Source of the DNA: Halobacteroidaceae bacterium
GTDB lineage: Bacteria > Bacillota > Halanaerobiia > B1SED10-174
Reading direction: 5' to 3'
NCBI GenBank assembly: GCA_003551665.1
Contig: PUNE01000124.1
Span: 19,720 to 83,719, forward strand
DNA: 64,000 nt
The notes below the pieces were generated by a model. It ran no database searches, had not been told where the DNA came from, and worked only from the letters and a program-made list of their open reading frames with translations. Made by a program: the position numbers and the translations under genes. This document shows, piece by piece, positions 9,784 to 19,659 of the stretch (within the stretch, counting starts at the first letter, position 1; the number at the start of each line of letters is the position of its first letter).

Positions 9784-9923
9784 AGCGCCTGGGCTTGGCT
9801 AGGCCAAGTTGACGAGGAAGAGGTTAATCGAATTATCGGCGGGTGCCTCTAGACCTGCCACCGGTCTTTAGCCGTTTCTTAAAACTTGCAAGTGATTGTA
9901 AGGCAAAGGGGGCGGCAGGTGGC
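9784..9923 (+). ncRNA. glmS ribozyme (GlcN6P-activated self-cleaving riboswitch)
   Basis: A/GCGCC cleavage motif at 9784, short P1 CTTGGC-TAG-GCCAAG, GACGAGG, ATCGA..TCGGCGGGTGCC core, GCCACC/GGTGGC long-range pairing; in the 5' UTR of glmS. Confidence 0.92.
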
Positions 9924-9954
9924 TAATGCAGTTTATTAAGGAAGGGGAGAAATT

Positions 9955-11778
9955 ATGTGTGGAATTGTTGGTTATATAGGCTCCAGGGGAGCTTTTCCTA
10001 TACTGTTCGATGGTTTAAAAAAACTGGAATACAGGGGATATGATTCTGCAGGGGTTGCAATAATTGAAGGGAATGAAATGCAGCTTCGCAAATCCCAGGG
10101 CAACCTGGAGGTTTTAGGTGAGAAACTGAAAAATGAAAACTTCCAGGGAAGGATTGGCCTTGGTCATACCCGGTGGGCAACACACGGAAAACCCTCTGAT
10201 GCCAATGCCCATCCCCACCTTGATTGCAGGGGAAGACTTGCCCTTGTCCATAATGGGATTATCGAAAATTTCCAGGAAATTAAGAGGAAACTGGAAGAGG
10301 AAGGGCATTTTTTTAGCTCGGAAACAGATACGGAAGTTGTGGTCCACCTTGTTGAAAAATTTTTCCAGGGGGACCTGGTTAAGGCAGTCCGGAGGGCTAC
10401 AAAAGAACTGGAGGGTTCTTATGCCATTGCCGTGATTAATTGTGAAAGCCCCGAACAGATTGTAGCATACCGCCATGACAGCCCCCTTATTCTGGGAATT
10501 GGTGATGGGGAATTTTTCCTTGCCTCGGATATTCCCGCCCTTCTCCCCTATACCCGGAGAGTCCTGATCCTGGAGGACGGGGAAATGGCAGAATTGAACA
10601 GGACTAATTTCCGGGTTTTCGATTCCCATGGGGTTCAAATACAGAAAGAAATTGAAGAGATTGACTGGGACCCGGAAATGGCAGAGAAGAAGGGCTTTTC
10701 CCACTATATGCTTAAAGAAATTCACGAACAACCCGATGTATTGCGCAGGTTGCTTTCCGACCCCCTCCAGGGATCGGGCTTAGAACTCCCTCAGATTGCT
10801 TCCATCCTGGAAAGACTCGAAAAAATTAATCGAATTTTTGTTGTTGCCTGTGGGACAGCCTATCATTCAGGCTTAATCGGGAAAGCTCTCCTGGAGAGGA
10901 CGACCGGAATCCCTGTGGAAGTGGATATGGCATCAGAATTTCGATATCGGTCCCCCCTTGTAGGAGAAGAATCCCTGGTTATTGTTGTCACCCAGTCGGG
11001 TGAAACCGCTGATACACTGGCTGCCCTCCGCTACGCCCGGGAAAAAAATGCCCAAACTCTGGGGATCATTAATGTTAAGGGTAGCACAATTTCCAGGGAA
11101 GCTGATGATGTCATTTATATCAAGGCAGGACCGGAAATTGCCGTTGCTTCTACTAAAGCCTACCTGAATATGGTTGCTGCTTTTTACCTGCTGGCTTTAA
11201 AAATGGGCCAGGGAAATGTTGACCAGGAAAACCTGAAGGAGTTGTTGCGGTTGCTGCGGGGGATTCCCGCGCAGCTGGAAAAGGTCCTGCAAAAAGGAGA
11301 TAAGGCTGTACGAGAGGCTTCAGAATACCTTTCTCGCTGGGAAAACGCATTTTTCGTTGGGAGAGGACTTGATTTCAGCCTTGCCCTGGAAGGAGCTCTT
11401 AAGTTAAAAGAAATCTCCTATATTCATGCCGAGGCCTATGCGGCCGGAGAACTAAAACACGGGACTCTGGCTCTGATCGAAGAGGGTATTCCTGTGGTTG
11501 CCCTTTTAACCCAGGAAAAACTCCTGGAAAAGATGATCAGCAACGTTCAGGAAATCAGGGCCCGTGGTGGGTATGTGCTGGGCATAACTCAAGAAAAGCT
11601 GGCCCAGCGCCTGGAAGGGGAAGTTGATTTTATCATGACTGTTCCCAGCACAGAAGATATGCTGACCCCGCTGCTGGCAACCGTTCCCTTACAACTTCTT
11701 TCGTTTTATACTGCTGAATTGAGGGGTTGTCCGATTGACCAGCCCCGCAACCTGGCCAAAAGTGTTACTGTTGAATGA
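9955..11778 (+). CDS. glmS: Glutamine--fructose-6-phosphate aminotransferase
   Basis: MCGIVG, EYRGYDSAG, GHTRWATHG, SGETADT, PRNLAKSVTVE. Confidence 0.98.
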   Translation: MCGIVGYIGSRGAFPILFDGLKKLEYRGYDSAGVAIIEGNEMQLRKSQGNLEVLGEKLKNENFQGRIGLGHTRWATHGKPSDANAHPHLDCRGRLALVHNGIIENFQEIKRKLEEEGHFFSSETDTEVVVHLVEKFFQGDLVKAVRRATKELEGSYAIAVINCESPEQIVAYRHDSPLILGIGDGEFFLASDIPALLPYTRRVLILEDGEMAELNRTNFRVFDSHGVQIQKEIEEIDWDPEMAEKKGFSHYMLKEIHEQPDVLRRLLSDPLQGSGLELPQIASILERLEKINRIFVVACGTAYHSGLIGKALLERTTGIPVEVDMASEFRYRSPLVGEESLVIVVTQSGETADTLAALRYAREKNAQTLGIINVKGSTISREADDVIYIKAGPEIAVASTKAYLNMVAAFYLLALKMGQGNVDQENLKELLRLLRGIPAQLEKVLQKGDKAVREASEYLSRWENAFFVGRGLDFSLALEGALKLKEISYIHAEAYAAGELKHGTLALIEEGIPVVALLTQEKLLEKMISNVQEIRARGGYVLGITQEKLAQRLEGEVDFIMTVPSTEDMLTPLLATVPLQLLSFYTAELRGCPIDQPRNLAKSVTVE

Positions 11779-11790
11779 GGTGGATGTCCA

Positions 11791-12153
11791 TTGATTGATG
11801 GAATTGGAGTTGATATTGTTTCGGTTGAAAGGGTCGCCGCAATTTATGATAAGCACGGGAAGCGGTTTTTGCAGAAAATTTTTACCCCTGGAGAGGTTGA
11901 ATACTGCTTGAGGAAGAAAAACCCCGCTGAACACCTTGCTGCCAGATTCGCAGCCAAAGAAGCCCTGGCCAAGGCTTTACCTCTTGGAAAAAGGCCTGGC
12001 TGGCAGGAGGTAGAAATTTTGCCAGGAACGGATGGACCCGAAATCAGGTCTACAGATGGTATGTGGGTGCCGGATGGGGACATCAAGCTTTCCCTTTCCC
12101 ACGAACGCAGTTGGGCTGTAGCCATGGTGATTATTTCGAAGGAGGTTGGGTAA
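11791..12153 (+). CDS. acpS: Holo-ACP synthase
   Basis: GIGVDIV, LAARFAAKEA, SLSHE. Confidence 0.95.
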   Translation: MIDGIGVDIVSVERVAAIYDKHGKRFLQKIFTPGEVEYCLRKKNPAEHLAARFAAKEALAKALPLGKRPGWQEVEILPGTDGPEIRSTDGMWVPDGDIKLSLSHERSWAVAMVIISKEVG

Positions 12154-13699
12154 AGTGAAACTTGTTACCGGGGAAACAATGGCTGAAATAGATCGAAGGA
12201 CCATTGAAGAAGCAGGGATACCCGGGGCAATTCTCATGGAAAAGGCAGGATTGGGAGTTGCCGATTGTGCTGAAGCTATGCTTGGTCCAGGGAAGGATCA
12301 GGTTATGATCCTCTGCGGTTCGGGCAATAATGGGGGAGATGGGTTTGTTGCCGCCAGATTACTTGCTCACAGGGGTTATCTCGTGCATGTTTTCCTGGTA
12401 GGGGAGGTTCCAGAAGAAGAAGGAGAAGCGGCTGCAAACTATCGTATACTGGGAAATATTGGCCTGGAAGTCATAGCCTTAAAGGACGACGAGACCCTCT
12501 GGCAGGCGATAAGGGACCGTGAATATGACCTTATTATTGACGCCCTGCTGGGAACAGGGCTTAAAGGAGAAGTCAGGGGTATTGCAGGTGAGGCCATAAG
12601 CTTTATCAACAGCCAGGAAACGCCGGTTTTGAGTGTGGATATTCCCTCGGGATTGGACAGCACTACCGGAAGAATTCTGGGCCAGGCTGTTGAGGCCAAT
12701 GTTACAGTTACTTTTGGCCTGCCCAAAATCGGCCTCCAGGTTTATCCCGGCTGTGTTTACAGTGGGAAAGTTGAGATAATCGACATTGGTATACCCCATT
12801 ATATTGTTGAAGAAGCTCCTACCAACGCCGTAATGCTGGAAAAAAAATGGGCCTGCCAGCACTATCCCCGCCGCTCAATTGAGGCATACAAGGGAAGCTG
12901 CGGCCGGATTTTAATTGTCGGTGGCTCCAGGGGGATGACGGGAGCACCTTTACTGGCTGCCCAGGCTGCTTTTCGTTCAGGGGCAGGGGTGGTCACTCTG
13001 GGGGTTCCCGCCAGCCTGAATGATATAATTGAGATTAAAGCAACAGAAGTAATCAGCTGTCCCCTTTCCGAAAGCACTCCCGGGCTCCTGGGAAGTGCAG
13101 CCCTGGAGCAGGTAATGGAAAGGAGTAAAAGCAACGATTTTCTTGTTCTTGGCCCCGGCCTGGGTGGGGGAGAGGGAATTGAAGAGCTTGTTGCCGGAAT
13201 CCTAAAAGAATCCCACCTGCCAGTTATTCTCGATGCTGATGGGATCAATGCCTTACCCGGTCCAAGAATATTGAAAGACCGGCGGGCAAAAACCATCCTG
13301 ACTCCTCACTATGGAGAAATGGCCAGATTGCTTGGAGTTTCCAAGGAAGAGGTTCTTGAAGTACCATTTGAAGTGGCCAGGGCTTTTGCCCGGGAATGGG
13401 AGGTTATCCTGGTTCTTAAGGGTCCCCATACCCTTGTTGCCCTCCCCGATGGTAATGTTTTTGTTAACACTTCGGGCAATCCAGGTCTGGCAACAGCGGG
13501 GGCGGGGGATGTTTTAACCGGCGTAATTGCGGGGATTATGGGGCAAAACATCTCTCTGACTGAAGCAGTTGCCATGGGAGTTTATCTGCACGGTAGGGCC
13601 GGAGACCTTGCCGTTGCCGAAAAAGGAATTTACGGAATCAATGCCGGAGACCTGGTAGAATTTCTGGCCCCCGCCTGGAAGGAAATACAGGAGGATTGA
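12146..13699 (+). CDS. nnr: Bifunctional NAD(P)H-hydrate epimerase/dehydratase
   Basis: YjeF-N motifs GNNGGDG, DALLGTG, DIPSG; carbohydrate-kinase motifs DADG, TPHYGE, AGAGDVL. Confidence 0.93.
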   Translation: MGKVKLVTGETMAEIDRRTIEEAGIPGAILMEKAGLGVADCAEAMLGPGKDQVMILCGSGNNGGDGFVAARLLAHRGYLVHVFLVGEVPEEEGEAAANYRILGNIGLEVIALKDDETLWQAIRDREYDLIIDALLGTGLKGEVRGIAGEAISFINSQETPVLSVDIPSGLDSTTGRILGQAVEANVTVTFGLPKIGLQVYPGCVYSGKVEIIDIGIPHYIVEEAPTNAVMLEKKWACQHYPRRSIEAYKGSCGRILIVGGSRGMTGAPLLAAQAAFRSGAGVVTLGVPASLNDIIEIKATEVISCPLSESTPGLLGSAALEQVMERSKSNDFLVLGPGLGGGEGIEELVAGILKESHLPVILDADGINALPGPRILKDRRAKTILTPHYGEMARLLGVSKEEVLEVPFEVARAFAREWEVILVLKGPHTLVALPDGNVFVNTSGNPGLATAGAGDVLTGVIAGIMGQNISLTEAVAMGVYLHGRAGDLAVAEKGIYGINAGDLVEFLAPAWKEIQED

Positions 13700-13705
13700 T
13701 AAAAA

Positions 13706-14833
13706 ATGGACTTACTAAATAGACCAGTTTGGGTGGAAATATTTCTGGAAAGGTATGCCCATAATCTGCAGCAGGTGCGGGAAAGAATCGGAAATGGGCC
13801 TCTACTAATGGCAGTTGTTAAGGCCGATGCTTATGGACATGGAAGTTTGCCCCTTGCCTTTCAGGCCGTTGAAGCTGGGGCTGACCGCCTGGGAGTTGCG
13901 TTGATTGAGGAAGGGGTGGAGCTCCGGAGGGGAGGACTGGAAGTCCCCATCCATGCCATGAGCGGATTTGTCCCATCACAAATCGATGCTGCCCTGGAAA
14001 ATGAAATAATCCTTACCCTGGGCAATGAATCCATTGCTCGGGAGGTTGCTAAAAGAGCCCGTACCCTGGGAAAAACTGCAAAAGTTCATGTTAAAGTGGA
14101 TACTGGAATGGGGAGGCTTGGTCCTGTCCCCGAGAAGGCCCTGGAACTGGTCCAGAAGGTCAGCAGTATGGATGGGCTGGAGCTGGAAGGTTTAATGTCC
14201 CATATGTCCTCTGCAGATGAAACGGATAAGGAGTATTCTCGCCTGCAGTTTAAACTTTTTGAGGAGGTCAGCTCAACTCTAAAGGAAAGGGGCATTGATA
14301 TTCCCCTGCGACATATTGCCAACAGTGCTACTGTAATAGACCTCCCTGAGATGGCGCTGGATATGGTTCGGCCAGGAATTATGACCTACGGCCTCTGGCC
14401 TTCGGGTGATGTAGATAAAAAAGCCGTTAACCTGAAGCCAGTCCTGGAGTGGAAAGCAAGGCTGGTCCAGATAAAAGAAATGCCTCCGGGAAGTTATATC
14501 AGTTACGGTAGGACATATGCTACTTCGGGTAAGGAGCGCCTGGCCCTTCTGCCTCTCGGATATGCTGACGGTTTTAACCGGCTGCTTTCCAACCAGGGCG
14601 AGATTTTGGTCAGAGGGAAACGAGCCCCGGTTCGAGGCAGGGTCTGTATGGACCAGTTTGTGGTTGATGTTACCGACATCCCCGAGGCCAAACTTGGGGA
14701 TGAAGCGGTATTAATTGGCAGGCAGGGGAAACAGGAAATAACTGCAGACGAAATAGCCGGCAAACTGGACACCATTAATTACGAAGTGGTCTGCATGATC
14801 AATAAGCGGGTGCCCCGTTTTGTGAGGCCTTAA
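13706..14833 (+). CDS. alr: Alanine racemase
   Basis: AVVKADAYGHG, KVDTGMGRLG, GYADG, GRVCMDQ, TINYE. Confidence 0.97.
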   Translation: MDLLNRPVWVEIFLERYAHNLQQVRERIGNGPLLMAVVKADAYGHGSLPLAFQAVEAGADRLGVALIEEGVELRRGGLEVPIHAMSGFVPSQIDAALENEIILTLGNESIAREVAKRARTLGKTAKVHVKVDTGMGRLGPVPEKALELVQKVSSMDGLELEGLMSHMSSADETDKEYSRLQFKLFEEVSSTLKERGIDIPLRHIANSATVIDLPEMALDMVRPGIMTYGLWPSGDVDKKAVNLKPVLEWKARLVQIKEMPPGSYISYGRTYATSGKERLALLPLGYADGFNRLLSNQGEILVRGKRAPVRGRVCMDQFVVDVTDIPEAKLGDEAVLIGRQGKQEITADEIAGKLDTINYEVVCMINKRVPRFVRP

Positions 14834-15105
14834 TGGGCTGAAAGGCTGTTTGGGGCTGCTTTTGGGGTTTGGATAGGAAGAAGGCTAAAATTTGAGGAAA
14901 TACCTTAAAAAAGGAGGGAAATCCTGTCGGGATAAAAATTCCGACAATATTCCCCGATTTTTGGGCAGGAATATTTCCTTTGATGTATAAAAACATATAT
15001 ATCGAAAGCTATACTTTTTTCTCCTGAAGCAATAGTTGAACTCTAAAAGTGGTAAACTATTTCTTTTTGTTTAACCAAAACATACTGAATCGGGAGGAGA
15101 TTATT

Positions 15106-15399
15106 ATGGATAATCTAAAGCGGGTGATGGTCAGTTTGCCGGAAAGCCTTTTGGATGAAGTTGACTGGCTTGTACAGCAGGAAAATGGAAACAGGAGTCA
15201 GTTTATCCGCGAAGCAATGAGGCTTTATTTGGCTGACCTTCGCCGGCGAGAACTGCGAGAAAAAATGAAACGGGGTTACAGTGAGATGGCTGACTTTAAT
15301 CTCCAGGTTACTCAAGACCACAACTGCAGGGATGAATTGAGGATTTTGGAGAAATACGAGCAAGGTCTGGTGGATAGTGATGGCAGTCGTGGTTCGTAG
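15106..15399 (+). CDS. ndoAI: CopG/RHH antitoxin (EndoAI/MazE-like)
   Basis: [14 protein letters not shown]...[10 protein letters not shown]...[12 protein letters not shown] at 15106 after GGGAGGAG is preferred over the ORF-track start. Confidence 0.85.
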   Translation: MDNLKRVMVSLPESLLDEVDWLVQQENGNRSQFIREAMRLYLADLRRRELREKMKRGYSEMADFNLQVTQDHNCRDELRILEKYEQGLVDSDGSRGS

Positions 15400-15736
15400 A
15401 GGAGACGTCTTTTATGCGGACCTGAATCCGGTGATCGGGTCCGAGCAGGGAGGAGTCAGGCCGGTTCTCGTGGTTCAGAACGATATTGGTAATAAATACA
15501 GCCCAACGGTTATTATTGCCGCAATTACCTCCCGTATTAAGAAAGCCAAATTACCAACACATGTTGAAATAAAAACCCATGAAAGCAACCTGGAAGTGGA
15601 TTCTGTAATCCTCCTGGAACAGGTACGAACTATTGATAAAAAAAGATTACAGCGCCAGGTGGCTCACCTTGACCCTGAGATTATGAGCCGGGTCAATACT
15701 GCCCTGGAAATAAGCCTGGGCTTGATTGACTTATGA
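15377..15736 (+). CDS. ndoA: MazF/PemK family mRNA interferase EndoA
   Basis: [44 protein letters not shown]. Confidence 0.95.
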   Translation: MMAVVVRRGDVFYADLNPVIGSEQGGVRPVLVVQNDIGNKYSPTVIIAAITSRIKKAKLPTHVEIKTHESNLEVDSVILLEQVRTIDKKRLQRQVAHLDPEIMSRVNTALEISLGLIDL

Positions 15737-15831
15737 ACCTTGAGTTAACCGCTTGAGGTTTATATTTTTGTTCACATGTTCCAGAATAGAAGCAACTTTT
15801 TTTAATTTCCATTGAAATGAGGAGGAGTATA

Positions 15832-16872
15832 ATGGTAACAGTTCCTTTAGTAAATGTGGTTCGAGGCCCACTAGTTGAATCCAGCCACCGGGGGGTAGTT
15901 GCCCTGGTTGACACGGAAGGAAATCTGCGGGCCAAAATGGGTTTGCCCGCGGGGAAAACATATATCAGGTCTTCAGCAAAACCCGCACAGGTTCTTCCCC
16001 TGTTGGTGCTCGGAGCGGCAGAAAAATATGATCTTACCGACCGAGAACTGGCTTTGATGTGTGCTTCCCATAATGGTGAGGATATCCACGTTGAAACGGC
16101 ACGTGGAATTTTAAAGAAAGCGGGATTAAGCGAGGAAGATCTGGAATGCGGGACTCATCTACCGTATGACAGAGAATCAGCGAGGGCTTTAATGGCCCGG
16201 GGAGAAGAAGTATCACCTATTTATAGCAATTGCTCGGGTAAACATGCTGGAATGCTGCTTTTGTGCCAGCACATGGGCTGGCCAACAGAGGGATATGTAC
16301 GGGCCGAACACCCACTACAGCAGCTAATGCACGAAACAATAGCGGAGCTTACTGAACTTTCTACCCGAGAAGTTGATATAGGTATTGATGGTTGCGGGGT
16401 TGTTGTTTTTGGTTTTCCGGTGGAAAAAATGGCCTTTCTTTTTGCCCGACTTGCCCATCCTCAGAGCCTCCCTGCCTCCTATCAGGAGGCTGCTGAAAGA
16501 GTTTCCCAGGCCATGGTAAATGAGCCATACATGGTTGCGGGAAGAAATCGGCTCTGTACCGACCTGATGGAGGCTACCAGAGGCAAGTTAATATCCAAAG
16601 GCGGTGCGGAGGGTGTTTACTGCATTGGTTTAAAAGAACGGGACCAGGGTCTGGCCATAAAAATTGAAGATGGTAATAGCCGGGGCCTGGGAACAATTGT
16701 ATTTCATATTCTGGATGCACTGGAAATTTTGGATGATGATGAGAAACAACAACTCGAGAAATACCGGTTACCCGTGATCAAAAACCGCCGGGGAGATGCA
16801 GTTGGAAAAATTAAAACTTGTTTTGAATTTAAAAAGGTGGCAAAGGAGATGCGCCAATGGACGGGGAACTGA
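15832..16872 (+). CDS. L-asparaginase II family (Rhizobium AnsA type)
   Basis: RG..VES.HRG, RSSAKP, ASHNGE, NCSGKHAG, DGCG, KGGAEGV, KIEDG. ATG at 15832 after GGAGGAG. Confidence 0.88.
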   Translation: MVTVPLVNVVRGPLVESSHRGVVALVDTEGNLRAKMGLPAGKTYIRSSAKPAQVLPLLVLGAAEKYDLTDRELALMCASHNGEDIHVETARGILKKAGLSEEDLECGTHLPYDRESARALMARGEEVSPIYSNCSGKHAGMLLLCQHMGWPTEGYVRAEHPLQQLMHETIAELTELSTREVDIGIDGCGVVVFGFPVEKMAFLFARLAHPQSLPASYQEAAERVSQAMVNEPYMVAGRNRLCTDLMEATRGKLISKGGAEGVYCIGLKERDQGLAIKIEDGNSRGLGTIVFHILDALEILDDDEKQQLEKYRLPVIKNRRGDAVGKIKTCFEFKKVAKEMRQWTGN

Positions 16873-18137
16873 TAAAAAAAATAAACGATCTTGCCCACAA
16901 CCATGCTGATGAAATAATTGAACTGAGAAGATATTTGCACCGGAACCCCGAATTGGGTTTTGCCGAGAAAAAAACCGCAGAACTTGTTGCTGCAGAGCTG
17001 GGGGAACTGGGGCTGGAGGTTAAGACTGGTGTAGCCCAAACCGGTGTGGTTGGCCTGCTGAGAGGGGAGCTGGAAGGCCCCACTATTTTGCTGCGGGCAG
17101 ATATGGATGCTCTCCCCATTCAGGATAAAAAGGAGGTTGATTACGCTTCCAGGGTTGAAGGGGTAATGCATGCCTGTGGACATGATGCCCATACTGCTAT
17201 CCTGCTAGGTGCAGCCCGAATCTTGAGCGGGGTGCGCAAAAACCTTCGGGGTAATGTCAAATTTGTTTTTCAACCTGCTGAGGAAGGACCGGGAGGAGCA
17301 GCACCGATGATTGAAGAGGGGGTTATGGAAAATCCCCTGGTTAATGCTGCTTTTGCCCTTCATGTTGATTCCTCCTATCCCCCGGGTGAAATTGGCCTGG
17401 GGACAGGCCCCATTAATGCCAATGCCGATGAAATAAATGTGACCATCAAGGGAAAGGGGGGGCATGGAGCACGCCCCCATACCGGGGTAGATGCCCTGAC
17501 TATATGTGGACAGGCCATCGTTGCTATGCAGCAGATTGTAAGTCGGATGACTGATCCCTGTGAAGATGTTGTCCTGACCTTCGGTAAGATTGAGGGAGGA
17601 TATCGGCGCAATGTTATCCCAGAGAAGGTAAGGATGGAGGGGACACTCCGAACCCGCTCCGATGAAATTCGGGAAGAAATGTACCGACTGCTTGACCAGG
17701 TCTTGAAGGGAGTGACTTCTGCTTTTGGTGGTTCGTACTGTCTGAATATTACCCCGAGCTATCCCGCACTTTTTAACGACGGGGAGATGGCTGATTTACT
17801 GGAAGATGCAGTAATAGAATTGGGGGAAGGTTTCCGGGTCAATAGGGACCTGGTCCCTTCCATGGGTGGGGAAGATTTTGCTTATTTTTCCCGAATGGTA
17901 CCTTCTGTTTTGTTCAGGTTGGGTACTGGTTCTGACGAGCGAACAACCTGTTCCGCCCACGGTTCTTTATTTGATATTGACGAGAAAGCTATTCCCGTGG
18001 GAATGAAAATTCTGGCAGCAGCAGCCTGCAATTATCTGGAGGGGGAGTTGGATGGAAAAAATAGAAATAAAGGTGAAGAGCCCGGAGCAGACTTCTCTTC
18101 TGGCCAGGGAGATTGCGAGAAACCTCAGGGGAAATGA
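16857..18137 (+). CDS. M20 family amidohydrolase
   Basis: LHRNPELGF, LRADMDALP, MHACGHDAH, FQPAEEG, GGEDF, H..FDIDE. Confidence 0.92.
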   Translation: MDGELIKKINDLAHNHADEIIELRRYLHRNPELGFAEKKTAELVAAELGELGLEVKTGVAQTGVVGLLRGELEGPTILLRADMDALPIQDKKEVDYASRVEGVMHACGHDAHTAILLGAARILSGVRKNLRGNVKFVFQPAEEGPGGAAPMIEEGVMENPLVNAAFALHVDSSYPPGEIGLGTGPINANADEINVTIKGKGGHGARPHTGVDALTICGQAIVAMQQIVSRMTDPCEDVVLTFGKIEGGYRRNVIPEKVRMEGTLRTRSDEIREEMYRLLDQVLKGVTSAFGGSYCLNITPSYPALFNDGEMADLLEDAVIELGEGFRVNRDLVPSMGGEDFAYFSRMVPSVLFRLGTGSDERTTCSAHGSLFDIDEKAIPVGMKILAAAACNYLEGELDGKNRNKGEEPGADFSSGQGDCEKPQGK

Positions 18138-18510
18138 GATTATTTTCCTTCAGGGGCAGCTGGGGGCCGGGAAAACCTTTCTGGTTCGTTCTGTGTTAAA
18201 AGCCCTGGGGTATAATGATGATGTGGTTAGCCCAACATTTGTTTTGCAGTGCGAATATCAGGCCCGGTTTTCGGTTTTGCATCTGGATCTTTATCGACTG
18301 GAGTATGGCGAAGAAATTGAGGATCTGGGCCTGGAAGATTACCTGGAAGATTATATCTGGCTTGTGGAATGGGCAGATCGTTTTCCTGCCTACCTTCCGG
18401 AGCCTGACCTGATAATTTCCCTTTTTATTGAAGGAGAGCAGGAAAGAAAGATTGAATTAAAGGGCCAATCCTGGATAAGGAGTCTGAAAAATCATGATCC
18501 TGGGAATTGA
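18052..18510 (+). CDS. tsaE: tRNA threonylcarbamoyladenosine biosynthesis ATPase TsaE
   Basis: GQLGAGKT, VVSPTF, HLDLYRL, VEWA. Confidence 0.93.
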   Translation: MEKIEIKVKSPEQTSLLAREIARNLRGNEIIFLQGQLGAGKTFLVRSVLKALGYNDDVVSPTFVLQCEYQARFSVLHLDLYRLEYGEEIEDLGLEDYLEDYIWLVEWADRFPAYLPEPDLIISLFIEGEQERKIELKGQSWIRSLKNHDPGN

Positions 18511-19165
18511 TACCGCAACATCCACCGGAGTTATAGGTTTGTATCAAAAGGAAAAGGGAATCAGGGGAGAGCTTTCTTTCCAGATTGAACGGGGGCACGG
18601 CAGGGTCCTGAACCCACTTCTGGACCAGCTTTTTTCCCACCTGGACTTAAAACCAGGAGATTTAACGGGCATTGTTGTGGGGAGGGGACCGGGGTCCTTT
18701 ACCGGAACAAGGGTGGGGATAACCCTGGCCCGTGCACTTGCCCTTGCCCTGGATATACCCTTGTGGGGCATTTCTACACTGGAAGCCCTTGCTCTTAACT
18801 GTCCCCAGGGAGATCCGATTCTCAGCCTCATTGATGCCCGAAATGAACGGGTGTACTGGGGGCTTTATTCCTGGAAGGGGAAACGGCCAGTACCCCTGAT
18901 CAGGGATGGGGTGGATAAAATAGGTTGCCTGGGAGACAAAATCCAGGCTTATTGCGCCAACCTGGTGGTGGTCGGAGAATATCCCGAGCATTATCTGGAA
19001 CTTTTGGCCAGTGGGTATTCGGGAACAATTTCTCGAGCCCAGGTTTTTAATAACCAGCTCCGTGGTGGTTCAATAGCTTATGCCGGGTATTTATACAGCC
19101 AGGAAAAACCAGAAGGGGAAAGCCCCGATAGGATTGTGCCTTTTTACCTGAAAAAAGCAACCTGA
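18494..19165 (+). CDS. tsaB: TsaB
   Basis: ILGIDTAT, GPGSFTGTRVG, IDARNERVY. Confidence 0.93.
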   Translation: MILGIDTATSTGVIGLYQKEKGIRGELSFQIERGHGRVLNPLLDQLFSHLDLKPGDLTGIVVGRGPGSFTGTRVGITLARALALALDIPLWGISTLEALALNCPQGDPILSLIDARNERVYWGLYSWKGKRPVPLIRDGVDKIGCLGDKIQAYCANLVVVGEYPEHYLELLASGYSGTISRAQVFNNQLRGGSIAYAGYLYSQEKPEGESPDRIVPFYLKKAT

Positions 19166-19170
19166 TTGAG

Positions 19171-19659
19171 GTGATTACCCTGGAAATAAGATTGATGCAA
19201 CCTGGAGATTTGCCCAGGATCATGGAAATAGAAAAAAAATCTTTTCGGTCTCCCTGGTCAGAAAGGCTTTTCCGGCAGGAGTTGACACGTAACCGCAGGG
19301 CCAGGTACCTGGTTCTACAGGAGGGAGATTTGATTATCGGATATGTTGGTATGTGGTTTACTCCCGGAGAAATCCACATTACCAATCTGGCAGTTGATCC
19401 TGAATACCGCCGCAGGGGACTTGCTTCCCGGCTGATAAAAGAGGTTTACAGGGCAGCCATGGAAAAAAAACTGTTCAGGATAACCCTGGAAGTCCGGGCT
19501 TCCAACAGGGAAGCGCGTTTACTTTATAGAAAAGAAGGATTCCGGGAAACGGGGACCCGCCCCGGGTATTATAGCGATAACCGGGAGGATGCCGTCATAA
19601 TGACCAGGGTTCTGGAAGGAGGGGAAGAAAATGGCCGGGGATTTAATTTTAGGAATTGA
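19171..19659 (+). CDS. rimI: Ribosomal protein S18 alanine N-acetyltransferase
   Basis: SPWS, HITNLAV.PEYRRRG, TLEVRASN, YYSDNREDAVIM. Confidence 0.92.
   Translation: MITLEIRLMQPGDLPRIMEIEKKSFRSPWSERLFRQELTRNRRARYLVLQEGDLIIGYVGMWFTPGEIHITNLAVDPEYRRRGLASRLIKEVYRAAMEKKLFRITLEVRASNREARLLYRKEGFRETGTRPGYYSDNREDAVIMTRVLEGGEENGRGFNFRN

Noticed and set aside
14905-14960. Imperfect inverted repeat TGTCGGGA-N6-TTCCGACA upstream of the antitoxin
   Set aside because: It could be an operator or a hairpin, but it is a single imperfect instance and cannot be assigned.
15106-15736. Toxin-antitoxin pair as a sign of a mobile or defence island
   Set aside because: ndoAI-ndoA directly after alr is conserved core synteny in Bacillota.
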